Source: a virus
Taxonomy: Duplodnaviria; Caudoviricetes
DNA length: 64,000 nt
Reading direction: 5' to 3' (one strand)
IMG/VR virus record: IMGVR_UViG_2974623408_000001
Location: 58,564-122,563 of that record
The notes beneath the pieces are model-generated. The model ran no database searches. It had not been told where the DNA came from and saw nothing but the letters and a program-made list of their open reading frames with translations. Of this stretch, positions 1 to 9,193 are shown one piece after another; the stretch's first letter is position 1; each line of letters begins with the position of its first letter. Position numbers and translations under genes: made by a program.

Positions 1-305
1 TTTCAGCAACTTCCTACACTAAAACTGGATCGGTAATTACACATTCAAACGCCACAACTAGCAGCGGAACGAGCGTGACGCCTTCTGTCTCTCCTGCAGG
101 TTCTAACGGAATTGTAGTTGGTGGATTCAACTTTGGTGCCAGCTCAGGTGAAATAGGTTCTGTTACTTCAAACGGAGACTTGAGAGTAAGATACCGACGA
201 ACTTCCGGAAACTGTCTGGGAGTATCCGACCGTTCTAGCACTCCGATAACACTGACTACGCCTTCGTCCGGAAGCTGGACTGCTATAGGAATTCGTCTAG
301 TCTAG
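1..305 (+). CDS. C-terminal part of a probable minor tail protein (truncated by window edge)
   Basis: S/T/G-rich beta-type sequence ending GSWTAIGIRLV*, directly upstream of the endolysin. Confidence 0.5.
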   Translation, partial: SATSYTKTGSVITHSNATTSSGTSVTPSVSPAGSNGIVVGGFNFGASSGEIGSVTSNGDLRVRYRRTSGNCLGVSDRSSTPITLTTPSSGSWTAIGIRLV

Positions 306-369
306 TAAAGATGCTGTAGCAGTTTGGTAAACGTACAGTAATTCTGTACTACTTTCATTGGAGACATTC

Positions 370-1434
370 ATGGCTGATCCAATTTGGCTCGCCGACGTTT
401 TACGTGCAGCTGGACTACGATGTGAAATCTATCCAGGAGCGTTCAACAACGGTCACGGCGACTTCGGAAATATATGGGGTGTCGTCGCACATCACACAGG
501 CAGCAACAACGCGTCAGCTGGTTCGATCGCGCGACACCCGTCCCTGGGTCTTGCATCCCAGCTACACTTATCACGTTCAGGTGTCTACACACTCTGCGGT
601 GTCGGTATCGCGTGGCACGCGGGCAGCGGTTCATGGCCTGGACTACCAACCAACGGAGCAAACCAGTACACCATCGGTATCGAGGCAGCCAACGACGGAA
701 CATCAGGCTGGCCAGCAGCGCAGTACGACGCATACGTCCGTGGTGTAGCAGCGATTCTCCGACGACTTGGGCACAACGAGTCACGTGTGATCGGCCACAA
801 GGAATGGGGCAAGGTCCAGGGTAAGTGGGACCCCGGAGGCATCGACATGAATCGATTCCGCGCGGACGTCAAACGCCACTTGTCCGGTGCTGCAGCGCCA
901 GCACCGAAGCCCGTCAATCTGATCGACCAGTACGCTGCGGACAAGAAGAACGCGTGGATTGGCAAGCGCGTCAATCCAGCCAAACTGAGTGTCGAGAAGG
1001 TGTGTCCTGACGGTAAGGGACGCTGGGTCGAGTACGAGAATGCTCACCTGTACTACCACCCATCCGAGGGCGTACACGCTATTCCACATGCTGACCCTGC
1101 CATTACAGGTTCAGGGTTGTTTGAGACTTGGGGCAAAGACTACCGCTGGGAGGGTGGACCGCTCGGGTATCCTGTGCGCGACTTCACCAAGCTACCTGAC
1201 GGCGCGGTGCAGTCGTTCCAGGGAGGAGTTCTGTACCGAAAGGACGGAGCTTCACAGGGGTTCTACGTCACCGGAAAGATTGGTGATCGTTGGGCTTCCG
1301 AAGGATACGAGAAGGGACCACTCGGTTACCCTGTCTCGAATGAATACCCGTACGATAAGGTTGGCAGACGCCAGGACTTTGAGCACGGTTCACTATTGCA
1401 CCACCCATCCGGCGCAATCAAAGTAGAAAGGTAA
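370..1434 (+). CDS. lysA: Endolysin (lysin A): N-acetylmuramoyl-L-alanine amidase plus LGFP repeats
   Basis: MADPIWLADVLR start; amidase motifs HHT, AWHAG, IGIE, GHKEW...KWDP; C-terminal GPLGYP/FQGG LGFP repeats. Confidence 0.93.
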   Translation: MADPIWLADVLRAAGLRCEIYPGAFNNGHGDFGNIWGVVAHHTGSNNASAGSIARHPSLGLASQLHLSRSGVYTLCGVGIAWHAGSGSWPGLPTNGANQYTIGIEAANDGTSGWPAAQYDAYVRGVAAILRRLGHNESRVIGHKEWGKVQGKWDPGGIDMNRFRADVKRHLSGAAAPAPKPVNLIDQYAADKKNAWIGKRVNPAKLSVEKVCPDGKGRWVEYENAHLYYHPSEGVHAIPHADPAITGSGLFETWGKDYRWEGGPLGYPVRDFTKLPDGAVQSFQGGVLYRKDGASQGFYVTGKIGDRWASEGYEKGPLGYPVSNEYPYDKVGRRQDFEHGSLLHHPSGAIKVER

Positions 1435-1439
1435 GAACA

Positions 1440-1673
1440 ATGGGCGTTTTCGGTTACAAAGTATCTGAAATCCGTAAGGCAGTTGTCTCTGTTCTCGGCT
1501 TCGCAATCATTCTGATTACGTCGCTTGGATCGGAGTTCGGCGCGTGGTTCTCGAACGACACTGCCTTGACTATCAACTCGGTTGTCGGATTCCTGACAGC
1601 TGTATCGGTGTATCTCGTGAAGAACGAGAAGACTATCGATGCTCTTGACGGTGTAAACGTTCACCGTAGATAG
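1440..1673 (+). CDS. Holin
   Basis: 77 aa, two hydrophobic segments, RKA..V and VYLVKN motifs, directly after the lysin. Confidence 0.75.
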   Translation: MGVFGYKVSEIRKAVVSVLGFAIILITSLGSEFGAWFSNDTALTINSVVGFLTAVSVYLVKNEKTIDALDGVNVHRR

Positions 1674-1675
1674 TC

Positions 1676-2113
1676 ATGAATATAGATCAGGCCAGACGTA
1701 AAGTAGAAGCCGCGGAAGAATTCATCCACGGCTCTACTCTGGTTCTTTCATTGTTCCAGATTGTCTACGGTCTGATCCTGATATTCAAGGGCACCGGGTT
1801 ATGGACTGCTGATATCTACAGGGTAGCAGCGTCCGTACCTGGTGCTCCCACGTCCTGGGGAATTGTCAGTGTACTCCTAGGAGTTATGCTCTACATTACG
1901 CAACGAAAGAAGTATTATAGGCTAATCAAATGGACGTGTAGAGGGTCCGCAGTGTGGGCGATGTGGTTAGCAATTGCGTTTACGATTAGTGGCTTCACAA
2001 CGGAAGATCAAGAATACGACTGGACGAGTGCAACCCCACTAGCTGTGTACAGCACTTTCGCTCTACTGTTCATCCTTAGAGAACGTTTAGCGAGAGCATG
2101 GGAGACGTCATGA
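1676..2113 (+). CDS. Multi-pass membrane protein (lysis cassette)
   Basis: Four hydrophobic segments; closely coupled to the holin. Confidence 0.7.
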   Translation: MNIDQARRKVEAAEEFIHGSTLVLSLFQIVYGLILIFKGTGLWTADIYRVAASVPGAPTSWGIVSVLLGVMLYITQRKKYYRLIKWTCRGSAVWAMWLAIAFTISGFTTEDQEYDWTSATPLAVYSTFALLFILRERLARAWETS

Positions 2114-2595
2114 GAACACCCTGGTCTGATTACGTCGACCGACGCGATGGATTAAGCAAGCACGACAGACATTTTCGAAAAGTAAGTTCGGGTAGCTATC
2201 CGTACTACCGTCTTAGTGCTCTCTTGCTTGTTCTTTCGGCATTGATTCAATTTCACAAAGTACCTGCCAGTGTTGAACAGATCATGCCGGAGTACTTCTA
2301 TTACGTGAACCCGGCTCTCCAGCTATTGGCTGGTGTATTGATCGCCGCTGGACTATACTACAGACGAGACATCATCGGACTGTACATTGAACGGTCAGGT
2401 GTTGTCTTCGGTGCCACAAGCATGCTGGTGTACAACTGGATCGTGTTCAAGTATCAAGGATTCCCATCGGCACCTGGCGTGTGGCTGACGATCGCGTTCG
2501 GGCTGTACTGCGTATATCGTTTCTTTGAAAGCACGCGCGACATCAGAAACTTGGAGCGTATAGCGGAGCAGATTAAAGCAGAAAAAGAGGCGTAA
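2098..2595 (+). CDS. Multi-pass membrane protein (lysis cassette)
   Basis: About four TM segments; overlaps its neighbours. Confidence 0.7.
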   Translation: MGDVMRTPWSDYVDRRDGLSKHDRHFRKVSSGSYPYYRLSALLLVLSALIQFHKVPASVEQIMPEYFYYVNPALQLLAGVLIAAGLYYRRDIIGLYIERSGVVFGATSMLVYNWIVFKYQGFPSAPGVWLTIAFGLYCVYRFFESTRDIRNLERIAEQIKAEKEA

Positions 2596-2972
2596 TGAAC
2601 GGCGCAGCCCTAATACAATTCATTGCAGCCATTGGTGGTTCGGCGGGTTTAGCCACACTCATTTCTGTTATCGCTTCACGTCGCAAGAACTCGGCTGAAG
2701 TAGCTGAGATTTGGAACAGACTAACCAAGGATGCTCTCGAACGCGAAGAGAAAAGCAAGAACGAGATTCGTGCAGAGCTTGAGGCCATGCGTCGCGAACG
2801 CGACGACATCAAAGCACAGTTAAAGTCGAACGAACAGCAAGTTCGTACCTGCGGTCACAAGTACGACAGGTTGGCCGGTCTAACACGGCGCTTGATACTA
2901 GAGATGCCTAACGAAACGAAGAGAGCTGAGTACGAAGCGGCTCTCAAGTTTATTGATGACTCAGTGGCGTAA
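2595..2972 (+). CDS. Single-TM coiled-coil protein (lysis accessory)
   Basis: N-terminal TM with GGSAG, followed by a charged heptad region. Confidence 0.65.
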   Translation: MNGAALIQFIAAIGGSAGLATLISVIASRRKNSAEVAEIWNRLTKDALEREEKSKNEIRAELEAMRRERDDIKAQLKSNEQQVRTCGHKYDRLAGLTRRLILEMPNETKRAEYEAALKFIDDSVA

Positions 2973-3206
2973 CGTCGACCCATTCCCAGGCTCCACCCAT
3001 GAACGCTTCGTCCACGTCGATACCTTCGACTGGACGATAGCGGTACTCAGTGGCCCATTGACGTCCACATTGTGGGCACACCCAGGGTTTTGCGTGCCAC
3101 ATCATGAGAAACCACCTCGGACGCTGTGGGCACGGTGTCTCTGAGGTGCAGAGACGTCTCTTAAACATCATCGTCGCCTTTGGCTACTACTCGTATGACA
3201 ACCGAC

Positions 3207-3239
3207 AACGCTGTGAGCACCACGAGTGCACACAGCGTT
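3207..3239. terminator. Hairpin between convergent transcription units
   Basis: AACGCTGTGAGCAC-CACGA-GTGCACACAGCGTT imperfect inverted repeat. Confidence 0.5.
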
Positions 3240-3264
3240 ATCAGCAGTCCTAGTTCAGGAACAG

Positions 3265-3600
3265 TCATGTGATCCGGATGGTTGTAGACACTGACGGTTC
3301 TTTGTTGTACTGATCGTACGGCAGATCGGGATGATCGGCACGCAGTTTCTTCCAGTCGGTCCCGGTTACGAGTGATTCGTACACGGTCCCGAGTACTTGC
3401 TCGCCCTTCTTCAGCACCACGTCATGGTCGTCACCGATGAGGTCGAGCAGGACGTCCTTGGCCGTCTCTTCCTCAGATGTGAGTCGCTTTTTCTCGTCCC
3501 GTATTTCACGGATGCGAGCGATCGCGTCCTCCATCTCCGGTGTGACCTGAACCGCTGCGCGGTCGATGTTCTTGTCAGAAGGGGGCTTCGTCATCGTCAT
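3265..3600 (-). CDS. Hypothetical coiled-coil protein (start uncertain)
   Basis: ORF 3265..3654 with phage-like codon usage. Confidence 0.55.
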   Translation of the reverse strand: MTMTKPPSDKNIDRAAVQVTPEMEDAIARIREIRDEKKRLTSEEETAKDVLLDLIGDDHDVVLKKGEQVLGTVYESLVTGTDWKKLRADHPDLPYDQYNKEPSVSTTIRIT

Positions 3601-3808
3601 CCTCCACACCCAGCAAATCCCCGAGTCGATCGGTTTCCTCAGCCATGATGTCACGAACGTGCTCGCTGATGAGACCAGTCTCCTCCAGTCTCAGGTACGC
3701 CAGCGCAACGGCTGACAACACCTTGAACATGTGCTCGTTGCCTGCGTCTCTGTTGACTTGTTCGACGAAATCGGAATCCTTGACTCCGACGTCCACCAAA
3801 CTGGTCAT
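3575..3808 (-). CDS. Small acidic hypothetical protein
   Basis: MTSLVDVGVK...DDDDEAPF; ATGA coupling with the VWA gene; GAGG RBS. Confidence 0.55.
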   Translation of the reverse strand: MTSLVDVGVKDSDFVEQVNRDAGNEHMFKVLSAVALAYLRLEETGLISEHVRDIMAEETDRLGDLLGVEDDDDEAPF

Positions 3809-6072
3809 ACTCGTCCTCCTCGTGCGTTGCTGATGGCTTGCTTGATCGCTGTGGCTACACGGTTGACGTGATGCTCGACGAAATCGTTCGTGTTCGCCCG
3901 GTCCTGATCCAGATCGATCTGGACGTGTGCGGCCCCCGGAGGACACACCAGCAGATTGTTCCACTTCTGGTTCTTGGGTTCGCGTGTGATCCACACGACC
4001 GCGACGCCTGCTTGGTTCAACCGTCGCACCCATTCGGTGGCGCGTCCCTGCTCGCCTCTCATGACGAAGAAACCGTCAGTGATGACGAACAACAATCGTA
4101 CGCCGCGTCCGCCGATCAGGTTCAGCATGACATCGAGTGTACCGATACCCTGGTCGAACGACTCGTGACCCTGATGCGCAGGAATCTCGATGCGATCTGT
4201 CGGGAATTCTCCGGGACGGAGCGTGGGTACGACGACTTCACCGAAGGCGACCGTCGCAACGCGACCGTTGACCTCGTGGACCGCGCGTGAGAGCACCCAC
4301 GACAGGGTCGAGCTGAAGTGTGTTGCCCATCCCTGCGAACCGGACACGTCCGTGGCGACACCAACGGTCAACGGCGGGTTCAAATCCACCGTGGTCTTGT
4401 TGCGCTTCCACGGTTCGCTGGTCGGGATGCGACCGGTGCTTCGCTCCGCCGCACGCTGGACCGCAGCGCGTCCGCGCATACGACCCGGAGGTACGGTCGA
4501 GTTCACCTTAAACTTGTCGCGACCGATCAGCGAAAGCTTCTCCAGCTCACGCGCCAGTTTCTGAGCGATGCGCACCTCACGGGTGTTCACCTTCATTTTC
4601 TTGGCGCTGGAGTACCGCCACGATTCCTTCTCGTCCTTGAGCGTCTTGGCCATGGACACACGCGATGGTGTCGGTCCGGCCGGGTCCCAGTCGGTCTCGG
4701 CATTCGGGTCCTGGATCGCCTTACCGATCGCCTTGTCGACCGCGTCGGACAGAGCTTTGGTCCAGTCGGGTGTGCCGTAGCGTTCGCTGGACTTGACGGA
4801 CATCGGACCACCATGCTTGTCCTTGCTGTCGCCCTTACCGACACCCGCTTTGCCTTCGATCACACCACCCTTCTCATCGGTGGGATCGATCGCGATGCTC
4901 GAGATTTTACCCTCGCCGCAGGTGCAGGACTTACCCGAGCCCTCACCTTCGCCACCTTCGCCTTCGCCTTCGCCGGCTCCCTTGCCCTTGCCCTCGCCTT
5001 CTCCTTCGCCTTCCCCGTCTTCACCCTCGCCGCTTCCACCTTCACCGTGGACAGGGCATTCACCCTCGCCTTCGCCTCCGCCGCCTCCGGGACGTTCCTC
5101 CTCCGGAAACAGTTCCTTCCAGCGGTCGACGCAGTCGATGGCTTCCTTACCACCGTCGGCGTTGACGTCAGGGATGGCGACGTAGTCCTTCCAGATTTGT
5201 TTCATCGCCAGCAGCTTGGGCTTGGTCACGATGTCCTCGACCATCGACTCAACCTTGGTCAGCTCGTACGGCAACAGCGTACGGGTCTGAGCACGGCCGA
5301 GCATGAGTGTCGAGTTGAGTGCGATGGCAGCCGCGTCGATCTCACCGCCGTGTTCGCCAGCGTCCATGGCTTTGGACATGTCCGCAGCGAACCGGACAGG
5401 GTCGACGACGATCGGTAGAGCGATGCGCAGGAACCGACGTCCGCGTGCACCACCGATGCGCTTGACCTGAGTGTCCTCGCAGCGAAGCTCCTCGAACATG
5501 GTCATGATCTGTCGACCGTACCCGTCCAGCTTCTTCGTGAAGAAGTGCGACGACAGGAAGTTGGACGACAGGCTGTGACCGGTCTCGTGGATGAACACAC
5601 CGATGATCTGCAGCGCGATGAACGTCTCGAGGTCCAGGTACTCGTCGGTGCGGTACTCGTACGCCTTCCGGATACCACCCATCGACGTGTAGAACTCACC
5701 CGGCTTCTTCGAACCACCGCGTCCGAGTGAGACGCGTGTCGAGTCGTTGAGCATGTCGATGACACTGACCACACCGTCGATCACGGACTGGCTGGGGACG
5801 TACATGTCACCCTTGCGGATCGATCCGCGAGTCTTGCGAATGCGGTGCTGGTTCTCTCGGTATACCACGCCAAGGTTGATGCAGATTTTACGCGTCATCG
5901 GTGTGTACCACGCGGCCGGGTACTCTGCCCAGTTGTCCAGCGTGTGATCGATTGCGAACGCGATGACGTTCTGCGGGTCGACGAGCAGGTGGGTGTTGAC
6001 GAAATCGCCCAGCGCTCGAGACAACGCGAGCAGGTGCTTCGGTGACTCGGGGTGGAGCGTTGACATACTCAT
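3805..6072 (-). CDS. VWA/CobT-like protein with HExxH metalloprotease motif
   Basis: HETGH ... FEELRCE; Gly/Glu-rich linker; C-terminal DVSGS MIDAS motif and ITDG. Confidence 0.85.
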   Translation of the reverse strand: MSMSTLHPESPKHLLALSRALGDFVNTHLLVDPQNVIAFAIDHTLDNWAEYPAAWYTPMTRKICINLGVVYRENQHRIRKTRGSIRKGDMYVPSQSVIDGVVSVIDMLNDSTRVSLGRGGSKKPGEFYTSMGGIRKAYEYRTDEYLDLETFIALQIIGVFIHETGHSLSSNFLSSHFFTKKLDGYGRQIMTMFEELRCEDTQVKRIGGARGRRFLRIALPIVVDPVRFAADMSKAMDAGEHGGEIDAAAIALNSTLMLGRAQTRTLLPYELTKVESMVEDIVTKPKLLAMKQIWKDYVAIPDVNADGGKEAIDCVDRWKELFPEEERPGGGGGEGEGECPVHGEGGSGEGEDGEGEGEGEGKGKGAGEGEGEGGEGEGSGKSCTCGEGKISSIAIDPTDEKGGVIEGKAGVGKGDSKDKHGGPMSVKSSERYGTPDWTKALSDAVDKAIGKAIQDPNAETDWDPAGPTPSRVSMAKTLKDEKESWRYSSAKKMKVNTREVRIAQKLARELEKLSLIGRDKFKVNSTVPPGRMRGRAAVQRAAERSTGRIPTSEPWKRNKTTVDLNPPLTVGVATDVSGSQGWATHFSSTLSWVLSRAVHEVNGRVATVAFGEVVVPTLRPGEFPTDRIEIPAHQGHESFDQGIGTLDVMLNLIGGRGVRLLFVITDGFFVMRGEQGRATEWVRRLNQAGVAVVWITREPKNQKWNNLLVCPPGAAHVQIDLDQDRANTNDFVEHHVNRVATAIKQAISNARGGRV

Positions 6073-6110
6073 GTGAGTGTCTCTCTGTCAGAGGTTCTGG
6101 GTGGTGTCGG

Positions 6111-6794
6111 TCACTTCTTGGTGAGTGACTTGGTGATGACGTTCTTCTCGAGTTTCGAGTCGATCGTTCCGTCACCGAACGCGAAGCGGACGAGGTCGAA
6201 GATGATCGACTCGGGATCGATCTTCTCGTCGGTGATCGCGGACTTGGAGAACAGCTTGTCCAGGGCGGGGTCGACGGCCTTGGTCAGATCGCTGTACATC
6301 TTGTGGCCGAGGTCGTGGATGCCTTTCATGGCACCGCGATCCGAGTTGTCCTCGATACGTTCACGGTCCTTCTCGGCGAGCGTGATGAGTAGCGGGGTGT
6401 CGACCGGCGCGTAGATGATCTCTGTGCTGCCCTCGTGGGCGAAATTGAGACCGTTGGTGACCATGGCGATCTGCACCGCGCTCATGATCTCGCCGAATGC
6501 CTCGACGGGTGTCGCGGTCTTGAAGTCGGGTCGTCCGACGTGTCCACCGTAGGTGGAGATGCGGCCTTCCTCCGCCTTCTTGACGGTGAGGGTGGTCGAT
6601 GCGGTCGACCGCATGATCGCTGGCCCCGCTGCGGTGATCGAGAATCGGCTGACCTTGACGCGTGAACCGGACGGGTTGAGGGTGTAGTACTCGAAGTGGA
6701 ACGCGGATGCGATGGTGCTCCGGAACCGGTTGATCGCCGGGAACGAGTCGTGTTCGATCGGGAAATTGCGGATGTTGTTCGTCTTGATGGTCAT
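6111..6794 (-). CDS. Hypothetical protein
   Basis: High-GC3 ORF with its own upstream promoter. Confidence 0.7.
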   Translation of the reverse strand: MTIKTNNIRNFPIEHDSFPAINRFRSTIASAFHFEYYTLNPSGSRVKVSRFSITAAGPAIMRSTASTTLTVKKAEEGRISTYGGHVGRPDFKTATPVEAFGEIMSAVQIAMVTNGLNFAHEGSTEIIYAPVDTPLLITLAEKDRERIEDNSDRGAMKGIHDLGHKMYSDLTKAVDPALDKLFSKSAITDEKIDPESIIFDLVRFAFGDGTIDSKLEKNVITKSLTKK

Positions 6795-6832
6795 GAGTTT
6801 CTCTCTGTGTCGGTGTTGTCGAGTGTAGTTCA

Positions 6833-6864
6833 ATGATAACGCGGGATGGTAGAGATGTAAACCC
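6833..6864 (-). promoter_or_regulatory. SigA-like promoter
   Basis: GGG-TTTACA-17 nt-TATCAT. Confidence 0.7.
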
Positions 6865-6921
6865 TATTTTTCCATCCCGCGTTAAATCATTGCGTTGTAA
6901 TTCTTCTTGTTGTCGCTATTG

Positions 6922-8424
6922 TCAGATGCTCAGGCCGGCGATCACGGTACCGAACGTCGAATTGATCGAGTCCTGGTACATCTTCCGGTCGGCTGAGTCA
7001 GCCGACGAGATGAAGTTGGACAGCGCGGTCGCCTCGCCGAACTTGTCCTTGATCTTCTGGTACGCCAGCAGCTCTCGGGTCTGAGGCGCTTTCATGACCT
7101 GACCCTCCTGCACCTGTCGTGCGAGATGCTGGGCGACCCGGATGATCTTCGAGTCCACCCCGAGCTTGGACAGCATGCTGTAGTCGGTCGTGACCTCGAT
7201 CTGCATCGAGAATCGCGACAGGAGAGCGTCCGACATGATCGCACCCGGGACGTCCGGGTTACATGCGCCGACGATGTAGAAGCCTTCCTTGGCGTGGACG
7301 ACACCGCGGGACGGGTTGGCCGTCACGTTGACCTCGGCGCGACCGTCCATGACCGAGTACACGACGGCCATCATGCGGGTGTCGATGAGCGCGACCTCGT
7401 CGATGAGCAGCGGGACGCCGGATTCCATGGCCTTGACGAGCGGACCGTCGACCCACTCGAACCGATCCTCGACCTGGATGTACGTACCGACGAAGTCCGA
7501 TGTCTCGGTGTCGGCCGTACCCTCCATCGTGATGATGTTGGTGAACGCGGCCTCCGCGAGTGCGGTCTTACCGGTACCGGGAGGTCCGTACAGCAGGGTG
7601 AAGATGCCGGCGTCACGTGCGGACTGCAGTGCAGCCACGTCGTGGTAGACCACGCGATTCTGGTTCTTGATGTTGACGGTCGACGACGACAGACGACGTG
7701 GGTAGTACAGGTCGCCGTTGGGTCGTGTGATCGGATCGGTCGAACCGAACACCTCGGTGTTGGGTGCGTCTTCCAGGTCACCGTTGTCGACGACGTACGT
7801 GTCCAGTGGACGAGGCGGGTTGGTGTACCAGCGACCCGTCAGGACGTCAGTGACCACGTCCTTGACCTCGACCTCGTACACCGTGCCGTTGATGTTCCAC
7901 TCGTCCTCCTTGACCTCGGCGTTCTTCCACGCCGACTTGGTCTCGAGACCGCTGAACCCGTTGTACACGTACCAGGCCCACCGGAAGAAGTCACGCATGT
8001 CCTCCTCGCCGTGCACCTTGGAGGTGTCCTCCTTGTACCGGTCCTCGTGGACGTCGATCTTGAGGTCGTTGATCACGGAGTCGGGATGCCACCCGAACTC
8101 ACCCCACGACACACCATCGTTGATCTTGTGGAAGACGAGGAAGTTCCAGAGCAGGTCGTTGCTGAGCTTCTCGACCTTGTTGGCATTCTTGTACTCCGGA
8201 ATCTTATCCGGATCGTACATCACCGTGGTGGTGATACCGTACTTGTACGTCTTCTCGCTCGAGAGACGACGGGGAAGCACGATCGAGACGAGCTTGCCCT
8301 GCTCGGCCTCATCGAGGTCCTCACGTGCGACCTCGATTTCGGTCTTGCCGCGTGTGCACTTGGCCACCTCATCGTAGGTGATGGGTGAAAACCAGTACAG
8401 GTCGGTGTCGGACGGGCTTGTCAT
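6922..8424 (-). CDS. MoxR/CbbQ/CobS-type AAA+ ATPase with long N-terminal extension
   Basis: Walker A GPPGTGKT, Walker B LLIDE, WVDGPL, ACNP, ALLSRF. Confidence 0.9.
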   Translation of the reverse strand: MTSPSDTDLYWFSPITYDEVAKCTRGKTEIEVAREDLDEAEQGKLVSIVLPRRLSSEKTYKYGITTTVMYDPDKIPEYKNANKVEKLSNDLLWNFLVFHKINDGVSWGEFGWHPDSVINDLKIDVHEDRYKEDTSKVHGEEDMRDFFRWAWYVYNGFSGLETKSAWKNAEVKEDEWNINGTVYEVEVKDVVTDVLTGRWYTNPPRPLDTYVVDNGDLEDAPNTEVFGSTDPITRPNGDLYYPRRLSSSTVNIKNQNRVVYHDVAALQSARDAGIFTLLYGPPGTGKTALAEAAFTNIITMEGTADTETSDFVGTYIQVEDRFEWVDGPLVKAMESGVPLLIDEVALIDTRMMAVVYSVMDGRAEVNVTANPSRGVVHAKEGFYIVGACNPDVPGAIMSDALLSRFSMQIEVTTDYSMLSKLGVDSKIIRVAQHLARQVQEGQVMKAPQTRELLAYQKIKDKFGEATALSNFISSADSADRKMYQDSINSTFGTVIAGLSI

Positions 8425-8463
8425 TGTTCTCCTTGGTTCGTGTTGTCGAAGCTGTCAAGAACT

Positions 8464-8495
8464 ACAGTATCACTGGGACGCGTGGTTGTAAACCC
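8464..8495 (-). promoter_or_regulatory. SigA-like promoter
   Basis: GGG-TTTACA-17 nt-TACTGT. Confidence 0.65.
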
Positions 8496-8546
8496 TAGAT
8501 TTCTATAAAATTTAGCAAATTTAAGTTTTAACTTAGTAAACTCAAG

Positions 8547-8927
8547 TTACGGTCTGTTCTCAGGATCGACAATGAACTTGCTGCGCGGTGGAATGAACAC
8601 CTTGCCACCCCACACGCCCTGTTCGTCGTGCGTCTTCGCCCAACGGTAACACTCTTCACGTGCGGGACAGCCCCTACACACAGCAATGCCCAGCGCGTGA
8701 CGTTTACGTTGGTCGACTTCGCTTTCGCGATGGATGTCGAAGTCCCACAAGGGCTGCTTCCATCCAACACATCGACCGTCCGCAAGGTCAGGCGCTGAGC
8801 CTTTGGTGAACCAAATCGGATCGTGTCTTCGACGTCTTATTGCAGATACGTCCGGAATTTCTTTCGGAACGCTGCGACCGTCTTCCCATCTGCGTACTGG
8901 TCCATCCGCACGTACTTCTTTATCCAC
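8547..8927 (-). CDS. whiB: WhiB family transcription factor (start uncertain)
   Basis: C...CRGCPAREEC and GVWGG motifs. Confidence 0.88.
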   Translation of the reverse strand: MDKEVRADGPVRRWEDGRSVPKEIPDVSAIRRRRHDPIWFTKGSAPDLADGRCVGWKQPLWDFDIHRESEVDQRKRHALGIAVCRGCPAREECYRWAKTHDEQGVWGGKVFIPPRSKFIVDPENRP

Positions 8928-9193
8928 TGCTCAATATCCTCTGGCTGGGCGTGAAAACCATGGTCGAGTCTATGAGTCGTGAAGCATTCGTAGGCGATGG
9001 CAACGATGACACAGTCAGCGAACCAGTCGTCTTTCTTTTCTCGTGTCCGATGATGGGCTCCGGCGTATACCATTTGATTGGCATCCTCCTCGCCGAACCG
9101 TGCCGCGAACATGTGGTACAACGGAGAAATATCCGCGACCTGTTCTGGGGTCAGTTCGGTAGGATTAGCCTCGTCGTTGGTACGCCGTGCCAT
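8837..9193 (-). CDS. Hypothetical protein
   Basis: ORF coupled to the stop of the methylase-like gene. Confidence 0.55.
   Translation of the reverse strand: MARRTNDEANPTELTPEQVADISPLYHMFAARFGEEDANQMVYAGAHHRTREKKDDWFADCVIVAIAYECFTTHRLDHGFHAQPEDIEQWIKKYVRMDQYADGKTVAAFRKKFRTYLQ

Noticed and set aside
4318-8388. Long + strand ORFs (4318..5418, 7126..8388; likewise 13778..14719 and 23137..24030)
   Set aside because: Antisense shadows of high-GC3 minus-strand genes with clear motifs.
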